A stretch of DNA of 64,000 nt, taken from assembly GCA_041659505.1 (NCBI GenBank), contig JBAZYF010000005.1, positions 57,779 to 121,778 of the forward strand. The letters run 5' to 3'. Under the pieces are notes generated by a model. It saw only the letters and a program-made list of their open reading frames with translations, had not been told where the DNA came from and did no database searches. Both the position numbers and the translations under genes were made by a program. This DNA is from Parcubacteria group bacterium. GTDB taxonomy: Bacteria; Patescibacteriota; Minisyncoccia; Moranbacterales; UBA2206. Below are positions 17,201-26,242 of the stretch, one piece after another; the first letter of the stretch is position 1, and the number at the start of each line of letters is the position of its first letter.

Positions 17201-19339
17201 GATTTTGGTAATCGCAGGCAACCATTGGTCTATTGCGGTGATGGAATAGTGGAGCCGTATCTGGAGCAATGTGATGATGGCAACGCAATTTCCGGTGATG
17301 GATGCAGCGCTGATTGTATGCTAGAAACCGGATCGATCCATGGGTATAAATGGAATGATCTCGATGGAAATGGGACAAAGAATGGGGAGGAAGGGAATCT
17401 CTCCGGCTGGATGATCAATCTTTATCGATCAAATGGTGATGGATATGATAGCGAACCGATAGAGACAATGATGACGGATAGTAGTGAGCAGCATTTCGGT
17501 TGGTATTGGTTTCAAAATCTTCTGCCAGGGAAATATAAAGTCTGTGAAGTTTTGCAATCCGGTTGGGCGCCGATCTATCCTACTACCGACAAAGATGATA
17601 ATTGCCATCTAGTGACTTTGCCGGACGATAATTCTTTCAATTTTCGGGAATCAGAAAATGCCGTGACCGGACCTGAATATAATTTTGGCAATCAGCCAAC
17701 TTCTGATAAGCCGACGCTCAGGATTGAAAAATCAAATGATGCGTCAGCTCCGCAAGCGCCGGGCAGTGATGTGACCTATACGATCAAGGTAACAGCGCTA
17801 GCTAATCCAGTTTTGAAAGTGCAGGTGACTGATCTTCCACCGGCCGGTTTTATTTATCGCGCGGGCAGTGCGACTGGCGCGCCGTTTATCCATGAATATG
17901 CTTCGCCGGGTGTTTGGGATTTGGGTGATATGGCCGCCGGAGAAACTAAGACGCTTACCTATGTTGCTGATATTGATAATGATCAAGACTCGGGAACATA
18001 TAAGGATATTGCTTGGGCGAAAGGGACGGCTTCTTCTGGCGCGACAGTGTTTGCGCTTGGCAATCAAGAAGCGTCACCATTTTTCGTGGGAACAGATGTT
18101 GAGGTCATCGATCCAGTTACGGCTGATGTGGCACTTGCGGAAAGGACAGAAACAAAAACTAAACATAAAACAGAAACGAAACATCGAACTGTGATCGGGG
18201 AAGTTTTGGGCGCTTCGACAATGTTGCCGGAGACGGGGGCGGATACGACTTGGGTGGTTGTGGCTCTTCTCGCTTTGCTTTCCGGTTTGGGACTGATAGT
18301 TCTGGGGCGGAGAAAAAATAATTTAGTTAAGGTTGTTGAAAAAACAATGAAAATATTTATCCTGGTGTTTGTTTTTGGATCGCTCGCTATTTCTGGCGGA
18401 AACGCATTGGCAGACTCTGGCAATATTTCTGTCCAGATTGAACAGCCAAAATCTCCAAGCACGAATAATTTCCTTTTGGGATTTGTGGCGCTGGACATTG
18501 AGGGGCGTGCGATGACAGTGGAATGCTATAAAAATTCTGATACTGCGCCTTTTCAGACGATCAATTTTAGCAATGCGGGAGGAAATTCCGGCAATTGCAT
18601 TATCGACGAAAATATTGCTTCGACAGATGGGAACTATAGTTTTCATGTGAAGGCGAGCGCCGGTAGTGATACTGTTTCTAGTTCTGAGGTAGTAGTGGAA
18701 ATTGCGACTGATGCGCCGGGAACGCCGACAAATTTTAGCCATACAAAAAGTGGTTGCGCGCATAATATCAGCCTTATGACAGCCGATGATAGTGGAAAAA
18801 CCGTGCGGGTGGAAATTTATCGTTCGACCGAACCGGAATTTGTTGCGGACGAAACAACGCGAATATTTGGTGTGGATGCGAGTTCTAATCAAGCAGTAAG
18901 TTTCTCTGATAACGCGCCTGATTGCAATGAAACATATTATTATGTCGCGCGCGCTTTCAATCTGGCAGATGAAGGCTCGGGATTTGTGGGGGATGAAAAT
19001 GTAATTGTAAAAAAGAAAACAGACACTAATCACAAAACTAAAACGAAAACAATTCATCCTACGTCATTAAATGTGACGACGACTGGTGTGGGGCAGAGCG
19101 CAGGTGCTGGAGCGAACAGTGGAGCAGTAGCGGGCAATGAAGTGACGGGCGGGGAGCAACAGGGACAAGTTTCTGGCACAGAAAATAATCAGGAGATTGC
19201 CGGTGCGCAGACGGAAAATGCGGGAGACACTGGTTCTTTAGCTAAGAATGGAAATTTTTGGCTACTCTTAGCAGTCGCAGCAGGAGCTGGCTTATGGTAT
19301 TACAAAAAAAAGAAACAACCGGTGGCGGAGATTAAATAA
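14216..19339 (+). CDS. Giant (1707-codon) cell-surface protein ORF with an internal LPETG sorting signal followed in-frame by a second signal-peptide-bearing module. Domains: Myxococcus-type Cys-rich repeats, TSP type-3-like Asp-rich repeats, SdrD-B/Cna-B-like repeats, and DUF11.
   Basis: Signal peptide WVILLLLFQPIGTPGMLAIA, then a P/E/K-rich linker. At least five CGDGxxxxxExCDDGNxxSGDGCSxxC repeats. DADGDDVPDSQDNC...DDDGDGLGNACD. Repeated units GSISGKKFEDCSANG...GGYYIFTNLYPGTYRICE. LPETG at 18224-18238, then a hydrophobic segment and GRRKNN. A new MKIFILVFVFGSLAISGGNALA begins at 18347 in the same frame. The C-terminus is hydrophobic followed by KKKK. Confidence 0.7.
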   Translation: MKRVRKNGRRWASKIFSIWVILLLLFQPIGTPGMLAIAEELSPAPTVEKEASKEASKEDPKSEEKVEVEKEAPKAEVVAPVEKTDPVPAPKEEPKGDPVVPVEKPAEKTEPAAAGSISDPIVEAEPAGEITPEAASTEKVDGASITASEMPKVETPVEDAPDLTQEVKKETWSVDGKKATTNEPVELEKEYKFPGDEDVSVRFTKLPEKPGTLSIEEIGLSDKQVEELGALSKIAYDITSTMEDGSFEYDLSLPKSKDDKNVQVKFAEKISELDDARIISADDVTEKNDSVNVEKLDHFTVFVVVEWNFPNNPDNSIADDGIASNLARNMTVVGATNLLFSSSGATSNSASADHWNGGSGIKYWQVEFDSSGYNSIRLYSKQRSSNTGPRDFKIQYSTDSGSDWADISGGNIVVANNYTAGVIAELHLPTQCNNRASVYLRWIMTSDTSVSGGAVGNTGVSNIDDIIVKGEEIEIVPDADGDDVPDSQDNCINTPNGPKQINDNQLDDDGDGLGNACDILNCIATGEESCNDLVDNDCDGEINEDCVISFCGNGTVDFGEDCDINSQKQACLTDGGYPGEITCGESCSWNNYCYPIAGCGDGIMNGPEQCDDGNEISGDGCENDCTVTPQAEFCGDGIVNGDEKCDDGNVVSGDGCSASCEVEKTGSISGKKFEDCSANGIFDRCEQGMRGWAIFIDKNNDGILDPEENVALTGKGGYYIFTNLYPGTYRICEASKAGWIQTAPGEDGCHEVVLNGERLTGYDFGNFKLGTVSGRKFNDLNGNGWKNFNEPYLNDWTIRLYDSTWQKVAETATAGSGWEKGQYSFDSLERGTNYICEAMSEGWEQTSPKNGWSVVNNLSGMEDEGAKCWKVEDTCSGNVFAGKSFGNHFTPPAPTGKISGVKFEDTNGNQLKEESEAKLSGWTIYLDANNNSQKDPGELNTITDANGYYEFVGLTLRNYYVREENQAGWIQTTPYHNNGAYYVSLNKCHLEAGGMDFGNRRQPLVYCGDGIVEPYLEQCDDGNAISGDGCSADCMLETGSIHGYKWNDLDGNGTKNGEEGNLSGWMINLYRSNGDGYDSEPIETMMTDSSEQHFGWYWFQNLLPGKYKVCEVLQSGWAPIYPTTDKDDNCHLVTLPDDNSFNFRESENAVTGPEYNFGNQPTSDKPTLRIEKSNDASAPQAPGSDVTYTIKVTALANPVLKVQVTDLPPAGFIYRAGSATGAPFIHEYASPGVWDLGDMAAGETKTLTYVADIDNDQDSGTYKDIAWAKGTASSGATVFALGNQEASPFFVGTDVEVIDPVTADVALAERTETKTKHKTETKHRTVIGEVLGASTMLPETGADTTWVVVALLALLSGLGLIVLGRRKNNLVKVVEKTMKIFILVFVFGSLAISGGNALADSGNISVQIEQPKSPSTNNFLLGFVALDIEGRAMTVECYKNSDTAPFQTINFSNAGGNSGNCIIDENIASTDGNYSFHVKASAGSDTVSSSEVVVEIATDAPGTPTNFSHTKSGCAHNISLMTADDSGKTVRVEIYRSTEPEFVADETTRIFGVDASSNQAVSFSDNAPDCNETYYYVARAFNLADEGSGFVGDENVIVKKKTDTNHKTKTKTIHPTSLNVTTTGVGQSAGAGANSGAVAGNEVTGGEQQGQVSGTENNQEIAGAQTENAGDTGSLAKNGNFWLLLAVAAGAGLWYYKKKKQPVAEIK

Positions 19340-19515
19340 CAGATATCCCCTTCGCCCTTAGGGAGAAGGTGGCCGAAGGCCGGATGAGGGAAAGGGCGTT
19401 ACATTGAGATAAAACTAAATTAGCTTAGATCATTCCTAGTGCATAGCCCTTGCCCTCACCTGTCACGTGCTCGTGACATCCTCTCCCGAAGGGCGAGGAG
19501 GAAATAGTATTCCAT

Positions 19516-20151
19516 ATGCTAGTTAGCGGAGAAAAAAAGCAGAGAGTTATTTTTAGGGCAGGAATATTTCTGGTTGCCTTTTCTCTGCTTTTATTTTTTT
19601 TAATCTTTTATCCGGTTATCAAAACGGAAATCGGTTTTCTTTTTTCCGCTAAAAAACCAGACGTGAAGATCGGGTTGGTTGGAGCAGGCAATGAAGTTTC
19701 TGGTGACGTGATTATTCCGGCGAGTTCGGACTTCAGCTTGATCATTCCGAAGCTTGAAATCAATTCAAAAGTGGTTGCCAATGTTGATCCGTTTTCTGCC
19801 AAAGATTATCGTGAAGCGTTGAAAGAGGGTATTGCCCATGCCAAGGGGACGAGATTGCCTGGCGAGGATGGAAATATTTTTATGTTCGCGCATTCCTCGG
19901 GAAATTTCTATGATACGAACCGGACGAATACGCTTTTTTTTCTACTGAATAAATTGGAAAAAGACGACAAACTTTCAGTGGTGTATAAAAATAAAATCTT
20001 TCGCTATCAAGTGGCAGAAAAAAAGATCGTGGCTGGAGATGCGGTAGAATATCTCAAGGATGAGAGGGATGAAGAAAGTTTGACGCTGATGACTTGCTGG
20101 CCGCCGGGGACGGATTATGAGCGACTGATCGTTGTGGCGGAAAAAGTCTAA
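19516..20151 (+). CDS. Sortase-family transpeptidase
   Basis: N-terminal TM segment. Conserved His in IFMFAHSSGNF, catalytic Cys in LTLMTCWPPG (TLxTC motif), and Arg in RLIVVAEKV. Directly downstream of the LPETG protein. Confidence 0.75.
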   Translation: MLVSGEKKQRVIFRAGIFLVAFSLLLFFLIFYPVIKTEIGFLFSAKKPDVKIGLVGAGNEVSGDVIIPASSDFSLIIPKLEINSKVVANVDPFSAKDYREALKEGIAHAKGTRLPGEDGNIFMFAHSSGNFYDTNRTNTLFFLLNKLEKDDKLSVVYKNKIFRYQVAEKKIVAGDAVEYLKDERDEESLTLMTCWPPGTDYERLIVVAEKV

Positions 20152-20729
20152 AGATTTTTTTTGCCAAAAAGAACAGTGACGTAGAAATATTCTTTTTCCT
20201 CCTTGCTGATTTTTTCTGTCCCGATACCGATATCAAAAAAATTCTCTCCTAGGATATTTTCACGATGCGTCACGGATCCCATCCACGCAGACACGGTCTG
20301 GTCGGGGGAAGAGAAGTTGCGCGCCAGATTTTCTCCAGCGTACTTATAATCATAGCCGTTTTTCTCAATTGATCCCCAGACGAAATTTCCCTCGGGAGTC
20401 TGGTGGGAAAAATAATTCCGGCGGAGCATATCCTCCGTTTTTTGATTGGCTGCCATATTTAATTGGGCATTGATCGTCAGTGGAGGCAATTTTTTGGTAG
20501 ATCTCTCCTCATTAATACGTCGCACAATTTGCGCTTCAAAAGAGCTGAGCTGAGGTGCACTGGCACTGCTTGCGTTGGCTATTTTATTTTCTTCTCCGAG
20601 AATATGTACTGAGAGGATCTGCCACAACAAAAAAGCGCAGATTCCCAACAGGAGATATCGCGGAACGCTTTTTTTCAACATAAAAAGGCTCCGTGAAATC
20701 CGTTGAGCCCTATCTACAAAAAGGCGCAC
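20148..20729 (-). CDS. Secreted CAP/SCP/PR-1 superfamily protein (paralog of 64..957)
   Basis: Has NYFSHQTPEGNFVWGSIEKNGYDYKYAGENLARNF...WMGSVTHRENIL. N-terminal TM/signal YLLLGICAFLLWQILSVHILG. This is the only minus-strand gene in the window. Confidence 0.7.
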   Translation of the reverse strand: MRLFVDRAQRISRSLFMLKKSVPRYLLLGICAFLLWQILSVHILGEENKIANASSASAPQLSSFEAQIVRRINEERSTKKLPPLTINAQLNMAANQKTEDMLRRNYFSHQTPEGNFVWGSIEKNGYDYKYAGENLARNFSSPDQTVSAWMGSVTHRENILGENFFDIGIGTEKISKEEKEYFYVTVLFGKKNL

Positions 20730-21002
20730 TAAAAAAAGCGTCTTTTAGGTGATGAGCAAGTGACCGGTTACGCCACTGACTTCCCGTGGTTCAAGGCGTC
20801 CAAAATAAGGACCACGGTTCAACGTCTTCACTAACTCTAAAAATTAAAATCTTAGGTACTTGGTTCACATTATAGTTATTTTCCCTTTTCTGTCAATTTT
20901 TCCAGCGCCTAGACAAGTATTGGCTTGAAATAAGCTTATTTAGTGCTAGTATTTTTTAGACATTTTTCAAAAAAAAGAAATTTTTGGTCATTTTTCATCC
21001 GC

Positions 21003-21037
21003 GCTTGCCAAAACTGTTCATTTGTGCTAGAATAATA
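21003..21037 (+). promoter_or_regulatory. Sigma70-like promoter (-35 TTGCCA, 17-nt spacer, -10 TAGAAT)
   Basis: Reads cgcgcTTGCCAaaactgttcatttgtgcTAGAATaat, about 130 nt upstream of 21164. Confidence 0.35.
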
Positions 21038-21163
21038 TATTGGTTTTTTAACAACTGAATGTTCATAGAACTCACGCATTTGACCCGCAATTTTAGGGTT
21101 TTCGGGTTGGATGAGTGAGTTTTATGAATGACAAAATAATCTAAAAAGAGAAGGAGAAAAAAG

Positions 21164-21505
21164 ATGAGAATTTTGGTAATCGAAGAGGACTTGATGATGG
21201 CACATTTCCTTAAGGAAATACTGGCTAGTCTGTTTCCTGGTTGCGAGACTGGTGGCACGTATAGACAAGAAAGTGAAGCCCTACTGAAGGAGGGCTGGGA
21301 TATTGTTGTGCATGGCTTGAGTTCTGGTCAGAATAGCGCTATGTTTTTGCAAAAAATAAAAAGACGGTATCCTAGTATTATGACCGTTCTTGTTATGGGG
21401 ATTCTTGGAAGGGATGACAATGCCAACTTAATTGTTGACTATGTCTGGGAAAGTCCATTCGATCATAATCCGTTGAAGGAGGCTGTGAAAATTTTCTTTG
21501 GCTGA
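21164..21505 (+). CDS. Pseudo-receiver (CheY-fold protein lacking the phospho-acceptor Asp)
   Basis: RBS aaggagaaaaaagATG. MRILVIEEDLMMAHFLKEIL...DIVVHGLSSG has His where the conserved Asp is expected, followed by ...TVLVMG. Confidence 0.5.
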   Translation: MRILVIEEDLMMAHFLKEILASLFPGCETGGTYRQESEALLKEGWDIVVHGLSSGQNSAMFLQKIKRRYPSIMTVLVMGILGRDDNANLIVDYVWESPFDHNPLKEAVKIFFG

Positions 21506-21516
21506 AAGGAGGCAAC

Positions 21517-21882
21517 TTGCTGAATAATATTCCTCCCATAAATGATCTATTGATAGGAGCCACTAAGGATGTTCTCCTGTTAGTTTTTCTTCTGGTAACT
21601 TTTTTTATTTTTTTGAAAGGAGGGCTTATGGTTGATGGCAAAACAGCAGCTGCAGGTGGCGCACTTGGCGACGATGCCGAGCGCTATGCCGAAAAAATTT
21701 TTCCCGGGGAGAAGTCCTCTCTGATACCAGCAATGACCAAGAGTAAGTTTCCTCTCGAACAAACACTGTTCGGGCCGGTTCCTCGGAAAATGAAAAAACA
21801 AAAAAAGAGGAAAGGAACAAACAATGATTCGGGCAGGATTCAGCAGGCACTCCCACTTAATGATGGAAAGGGGGAGGCATGA
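21517..21882 (+). CDS. Small hypothetical membrane/secreted protein (TTG start; the internal Met at 21628 has its own RBS, so this could be two short genes)
   Basis: RBS aaaggagg sits before the TTG. Hydrophobic segment VLLLVFLLVTFFIFL. An internal gaaaggagggcttATG is also present. Confidence 0.35.
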   Translation: MLNNIPPINDLLIGATKDVLLLVFLLVTFFIFLKGGLMVDGKTAAAGGALGDDAERYAEKIFPGEKSSLIPAMTKSKFPLEQTLFGPVPRKMKKQKKRKGTNNDSGRIQQALPLNDGKGEA

Positions 21883-22121
21883 AAGAGTGGAAAAAATGCA
21901 CTCTGTCGCTGGTCATTTCGCTCATCGTATTCGTAATCACCTTGGCAATAGCGCTGGCAATTGAAAATCTGGAAAAAAAATATATGACCCACCTTGATGA
22001 TTCAATGGTCTGTAATATATCATTTTCCATTGGTTCAGCCTTGTTGGCTTTTGTGTTGGCGATTGTTTTCCTGGACATTCGTCCGAGGAACGCGAAGCTT
22101 ACACGAAAGGAGGTTGGCTAG
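21879..22121 (+). CDS. Small integral membrane protein
   Basis: Two predicted TM helices (LSLVISLIVFVITLAIALAI, ALLAFVLAIVFL). Confidence 0.35.
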   Translation: MKEWKKCTLSLVISLIVFVITLAIALAIENLEKKYMTHLDDSMVCNISFSIGSALLAFVLAIVFLDIRPRNAKLTRKEVG

Positions 22122-22257
22122 TGGAGATTTTCTGGATAATCGTCAGAAGTCCCACTTTCGTCATAATCGTGGTTGTGGTGTTTCTCTACTTGAAATCAAA
22201 AGGTTATTTTAATTTTCGGGCGAAGGAGGAATCCTTGCTCAAGACGAAGGGGGTGCC

Positions 22258-22458
22258 GTGGGAAGAGTGATGTTGACTGTTGTCTGGGCGTTCATCTTAA
22301 TTGCATTGCTCTGGATCGCGTTTGATAAAACGAGATCAGATGCGTGGCGAATAGCGGCTTCGATGGTTGCTGTCGGTGGCTGTTTATTGGTCAATTGGAT
22401 GAATAATCGCACATCGTGCAGGACAAGGAAGGAGGCGATGACTATTGAAAAAAGCTAG
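22258..22458 (+). CDS. Small integral membrane protein
   Basis: TM helices VVWAFILIALLWIAF and AASMVAVGGCLLVNW. Confidence 0.35.
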   Translation: MGRVMLTVVWAFILIALLWIAFDKTRSDAWRIAASMVAVGGCLLVNWMNNRTSCRTRKEAMTIEKS

Positions 22459-22623
22459 TCGTTTCGTGCTGGGAGTGCTTGCCGCTGTAGCTGCAGGCTT
22501 AGCAATCGGGGCAATCATAAAAGTTTGCGGTTAAGTAACAGCCCAAAATTTTTTGGAGGAAAAATTTTGGGCTATAGGGGTTTCGAGATTTAGTCGAGCC
22601 CCTTTTTTATTTGGGAATTTTCG

Positions 22624-22669
22624 TTTTTTTGTGATAATCTAGTGTCATCCCTGCCTATCGGCAGGCAGG
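22624..22669 (+). repeat. Diverged third copy of the T7-GT-N17-CCTGCCTAT-loop-GGCAGGCAGG module, followed by the CCCGA-gaag-TCGGG hairpin
   Basis: Reads tttttttgtgataatctagtgtcatcCCTGCCTATcgGCAGGCAGG. Shares the T-run, the stem sequences and the spacing with 4418-4477. Confidence 0.45.
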
Positions 22670-22871
22670 CCCGAGAAGTCGGGGATCCATGCACCTCAGA
22701 TTTTAAATTAAGAAAAAACGAATTATTGAAATTCAAGACTAACTGAAATTGAGAGCTTGCTGGACTTGCATCTCGATTTTCCAGAGTTAATAACTAGTGG
22801 AACCTGGATTCCCGCCTTCGCGGGAATGACACATTTTTTAACCAGTTTTGAAATTAGAAATTTAGCATATT

Positions 22872-23591
22872 ATGGATTTCAAATACACCAGTCTAATTCT
22901 TTCCAAGTGCGACATCAATGAAGTTGATCGGATCTATAACTTTTTTACTTTGGAAGAAGGCAAAATTCAGGCAGTAGGGAGGGGAGTGAGAAAACCGAAT
23001 GCGAAATTGGCGGGGAATTTGGAGCCGCTGACGCACTCAGAAATTTATGTTTCCAGGAAAAAAGGACTGGGGCGGATTACCGGGGCGATTGCTGTCAATA
23101 ATTTTTCCGCTGTGAAAGCGGATTTTTCGGCGACGAGTCGGGTGTTTTGGGCGCTGTCTCTTTTTGATAAATTGATCACCCAACAAGAAAAAGACGCGCG
23201 CGTGTTTGAACTTTTTTTAGAATATCTGGAAGCGATGGAAAAACTAAGCTTGGAAAAAAAGGCGGAGTATAAATTTGACGTGGTCACTTTGGGATTTTTA
23301 TTCAAGTTGATGGAAAGTTTGGGCTACAAGATTCGGGTGGAATATTGCGCCAATTGTGGCCAAAAAATCACCGCCGGGAATGATAACTATTTTAGCGCTG
23401 AGCGGGGTGGGGCGCTGTGCGCCGAGTGCGCCAAGACCGAACGGAAGAAGGTGCGAAACAGTGACTCGTCGATCAAGCTTGTGAAAATATTTTTGAAAAA
23501 TAAGATCGGGAGTTTTTCTAAATTGGAAGTGAATGAAAAAGATCTGCGCGAATTGAAGTTGATCTGGAAAGAGTTGATCGATTGGGTCTAG
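22872..23591 (+). CDS. recO: DNA repair protein RecO
   Basis: RecO N-terminal OB-fold region and a C-terminal zinc motif CANCGQ...CAEC. Confidence 0.8.
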   Translation: MDFKYTSLILSKCDINEVDRIYNFFTLEEGKIQAVGRGVRKPNAKLAGNLEPLTHSEIYVSRKKGLGRITGAIAVNNFSAVKADFSATSRVFWALSLFDKLITQQEKDARVFELFLEYLEAMEKLSLEKKAEYKFDVVTLGFLFKLMESLGYKIRVEYCANCGQKITAGNDNYFSAERGGALCAECAKTERKKVRNSDSSIKLVKIFLKNKIGSFSKLEVNEKDLRELKLIWKELIDWV

Positions 23592-23707
23592 CTTAAGGGA
23601 AGGTACTTGCAGTTTAGTGGTGGTAGCTTTCCGCTGTTGCTAACTTTTTATTTCGTGGTATAATAAATTGGACGGTTAGATAAGAAACAAAAAACTATCA
23701 ATAATAG

Positions 23708-24853
23708 ATGTTTGATTTTAATTTCAAAAAAAACGTATTCCTCGGAATTGATATCGGTACGGCTTCCGTGAAGATTGTTGAGCTTAAGATAGTAGATGGA
23801 AAGACAATCTTATCTAACTATGCCTGGATGCCACTTGGCGGAGATATTTTGGGAAAAAATAAGGCGGATGCGGATTATCTGCAGACTGTCCTGCCTCAGT
23901 GTATCAAGAAAATCATCAAAAAGGCGAAGATTTCTGGAAGAAATGCCTATGTGTCTTTGCCGGCTTTCGGTGGACTCATTGCGCTTATTGATTTTCCTGA
24001 GATGGCTGATGGCGATATGGAGCAAGCAATAAAGTTCGAAGCGCATAAATATGTGCCAACATCGCTTGATGAGGTTGTGATCAGTTGGGAAATCGTGGAA
24101 AGGGGAACTGGTGCGGTCACTGAGATGCCTCAAGAGAAGGACTTTTTAGGGGCTCCGTCCGGCAAGAATGTTGATTCGGGAGAAAAGATCAAGGTGTTGC
24201 TTGTGGCTGCTTCACGGAAGAAAGTTTTGTGTTATGAAAATTTGATCAAGGCGTCTGGATTGAGTTTGCGTTCGATCGACATCGAGACTTTTTCCATCGT
24301 TCGTTCGCTCGTCGGCAATGATTTGGGTAATTTCATCATCGTAGATATCGGGGCACGGGTTTGTAATATTATTTTAGTTGAGAAGGGCATAATCAGGATC
24401 AATCGCAATATTGATGCAGGGGGGATAGAAATGACTAAGACGATTGCCAAGGCAATGGGGATTGATTTTGAGAGAGCAGAGGCACTGAAAGTTTCTGGTA
24501 GGGATTTTTTTGCTGCCGATTCGGCTATCAGTTTTTTTACATTGGAACTTATCACGGGCGAGGTAGAACGGATAATCCGTACCTGTCATAAAGATGGAGA
24601 GCAGAATACCCCAGACAGGCTGATCCTATCTGGCGGGACGTCAAAGTTGGTCGGTATGGGGAAATATTTTTCTGATAAATTGCAGATAGAGGTGGTTATT
24701 GGCAATCCTTTTGCGCGGATTAGTTATGACAGCAGATTGGAGCCTTCTATCTCTAATATTCAAAATAATTTTGCGGTAGCTGTCGGATTGGCGTTGAAAG
24801 GAGTGGAGGAGTATCACAAAAAGGAACTAGTTAAGAAAGTAATTTTAAAATAA
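23708..24853 (+). CDS. pilM: Type IV pilus assembly protein PilM (actin-like ATPase)
   Basis: FLGIDIGTASVKIVELK...IVDIGARVCNIILV...ILSGGTSKLVG. An extended -10 gTGgTATAAT lies at 23656-23664. Confidence 0.8.
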   Translation: MFDFNFKKNVFLGIDIGTASVKIVELKIVDGKTILSNYAWMPLGGDILGKNKADADYLQTVLPQCIKKIIKKAKISGRNAYVSLPAFGGLIALIDFPEMADGDMEQAIKFEAHKYVPTSLDEVVISWEIVERGTGAVTEMPQEKDFLGAPSGKNVDSGEKIKVLLVAASRKKVLCYENLIKASGLSLRSIDIETFSIVRSLVGNDLGNFIIVDIGARVCNIILVEKGIIRINRNIDAGGIEMTKTIAKAMGIDFERAEALKVSGRDFFAADSAISFFTLELITGEVERIIRTCHKDGEQNTPDRLILSGGTSKLVGMGKYFSDKLQIEVVIGNPFARISYDSRLEPSISNIQNNFAVAVGLALKGVEEYHKKELVKKVILK

Positions 24854-24928
24854 ATTTAAACATCCTGCTGAGTCCCGCTGGCCGGGAATCGTCCTTGTGG
24901 GGACGAATCTGACAGGATAAAAATAAAA

Positions 24929-25441
24929 ATGGCAAATATAAATTTGGTCACCGACAAGGAAGAAACCAAAATGATGGGAATGGGCACTAGCGTTCTTCTC
25001 GCTGTGTTCTTTCTGGTCATTTTAATTTATTGCGGCTTATTTTTCTATGGGAAAAAGCTGAGCAAGGATACTGATGCTCTGACTGCCGCATACAGCGCTA
25101 AGCGTAGCAGTTTTATTGTTGGCGATTCAAAGAGGGTGTTAGATTTTCAAAATAGACTATCGATTTCGAATGATCTTTTAGCTCAAGAGCGCAATGCCAA
25201 TCAAAACGTGGTAAAAGTGGAAGAATCGATGATTGCCGGCGTCTATTTGAGCGCCTACGAATATGATGACGACACAAAAGCAATCACGCTTGATTGCTAT
25301 GCGGATAATTATGAGATGGTCGCTAAACAGATCTTAAGTTTTAAGAGCTCTGATTATTTTACATCTGTTCTTGCGGGAGAGAGTGAATTTGACACGAGGC
25401 TTAATAAGATTAGTTTTACGGTTGTTTTAAAAATTAAATAA
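24929..25441 (+). CDS. pilN: PilN-like bitopic pilus assembly protein
   Basis: Single N-terminal TM segment, then a periplasmic domain. Placed between pilM and pilO. Confidence 0.55.
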   Translation: MANINLVTDKEETKMMGMGTSVLLAVFFLVILIYCGLFFYGKKLSKDTDALTAAYSAKRSSFIVGDSKRVLDFQNRLSISNDLLAQERNANQNVVKVEESMIAGVYLSAYEYDDDTKAITLDCYADNYEMVAKQILSFKSSDYFTSVLAGESEFDTRLNKISFTVVLKIK

Positions 25442-25447
25442 AAAAAT

Positions 25448-26242
25448 ATGAAAATAAAAATATTACTCGCCCCGTCGCTGATCGTTTTAATAATAGTAAC
25501 AATTATTTGGTACGCCTATCCGGCTTATACTAACGGAGTCGATGGCGTCAAGGAGAGAAGCGAAAAATTGGTCCAGCAAGAAAGTCTGATGTCGGGTCTG
25601 GATGGTCGCATCAGCAATGCCAATAAATTAGTGGCAGATCTGGATTCTAATTCCTTCGAAAACTCAGTTGTTTTTAATTATGTTCCAGTGAATACGGAGG
25701 AAGAGAAGATTATTGATAACCTGAATTCTTTAGCAAAGAACAATGCCTTGTCCGTGCTTAATATTTCAGTTTTTCCGGAAAAAGAAACTGCCGTAGTGGT
25801 GCCGACTATCGATGCTAGTGCTACTAGCTATCTCCCTGTCTCTGGCAATGCGGGGGCTCCTGCTCCTGTGACGCCGAAGGCGGTGCCAAAAAATTTGGAA
25901 GTGAATTTTTCTGTACTGGGGGAATACGAAAATATAAAAAGTTTGCTCGGAAAAATTCAGAAGCTGAAAAGATTTGACAAAGTTTCTGCACTGACAATAA
26001 AGACACTGATCAATAGCGATCAGGTCGTGAGCGCTTCACTGCAAGCAGATATTACTTTGGAATTTAATTATCTCGATGAGCTGAAGAGGTTGGCGGATGG
26101 GGATATTGATAATGACATCTTCGTCAGGGGAGCTTTTGATAAGCAGGTGATAGGAAAAATTAAAGATAGTCGCAACATCGATGTTAACAATGTTCTTCCT
26201 GGCGAAAGAGGTGGGAACAATCCTTTTAATGTCGCAAAATAA
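25448..26242 (+). CDS. pilO: PilO-like bitopic pilus assembly protein
   Basis: N-terminal TM segment, coiled-coil region. Position within the operon. Confidence 0.5.
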   Translation: MKIKILLAPSLIVLIIVTIIWYAYPAYTNGVDGVKERSEKLVQQESLMSGLDGRISNANKLVADLDSNSFENSVVFNYVPVNTEEEKIIDNLNSLAKNNALSVLNISVFPEKETAVVVPTIDASATSYLPVSGNAGAPAPVTPKAVPKNLEVNFSVLGEYENIKSLLGKIQKLKRFDKVSALTIKTLINSDQVVSASLQADITLEFNYLDELKRLADGDIDNDIFVRGAFDKQVIGKIKDSRNIDVNNVLPGERGGNNPFNVAK

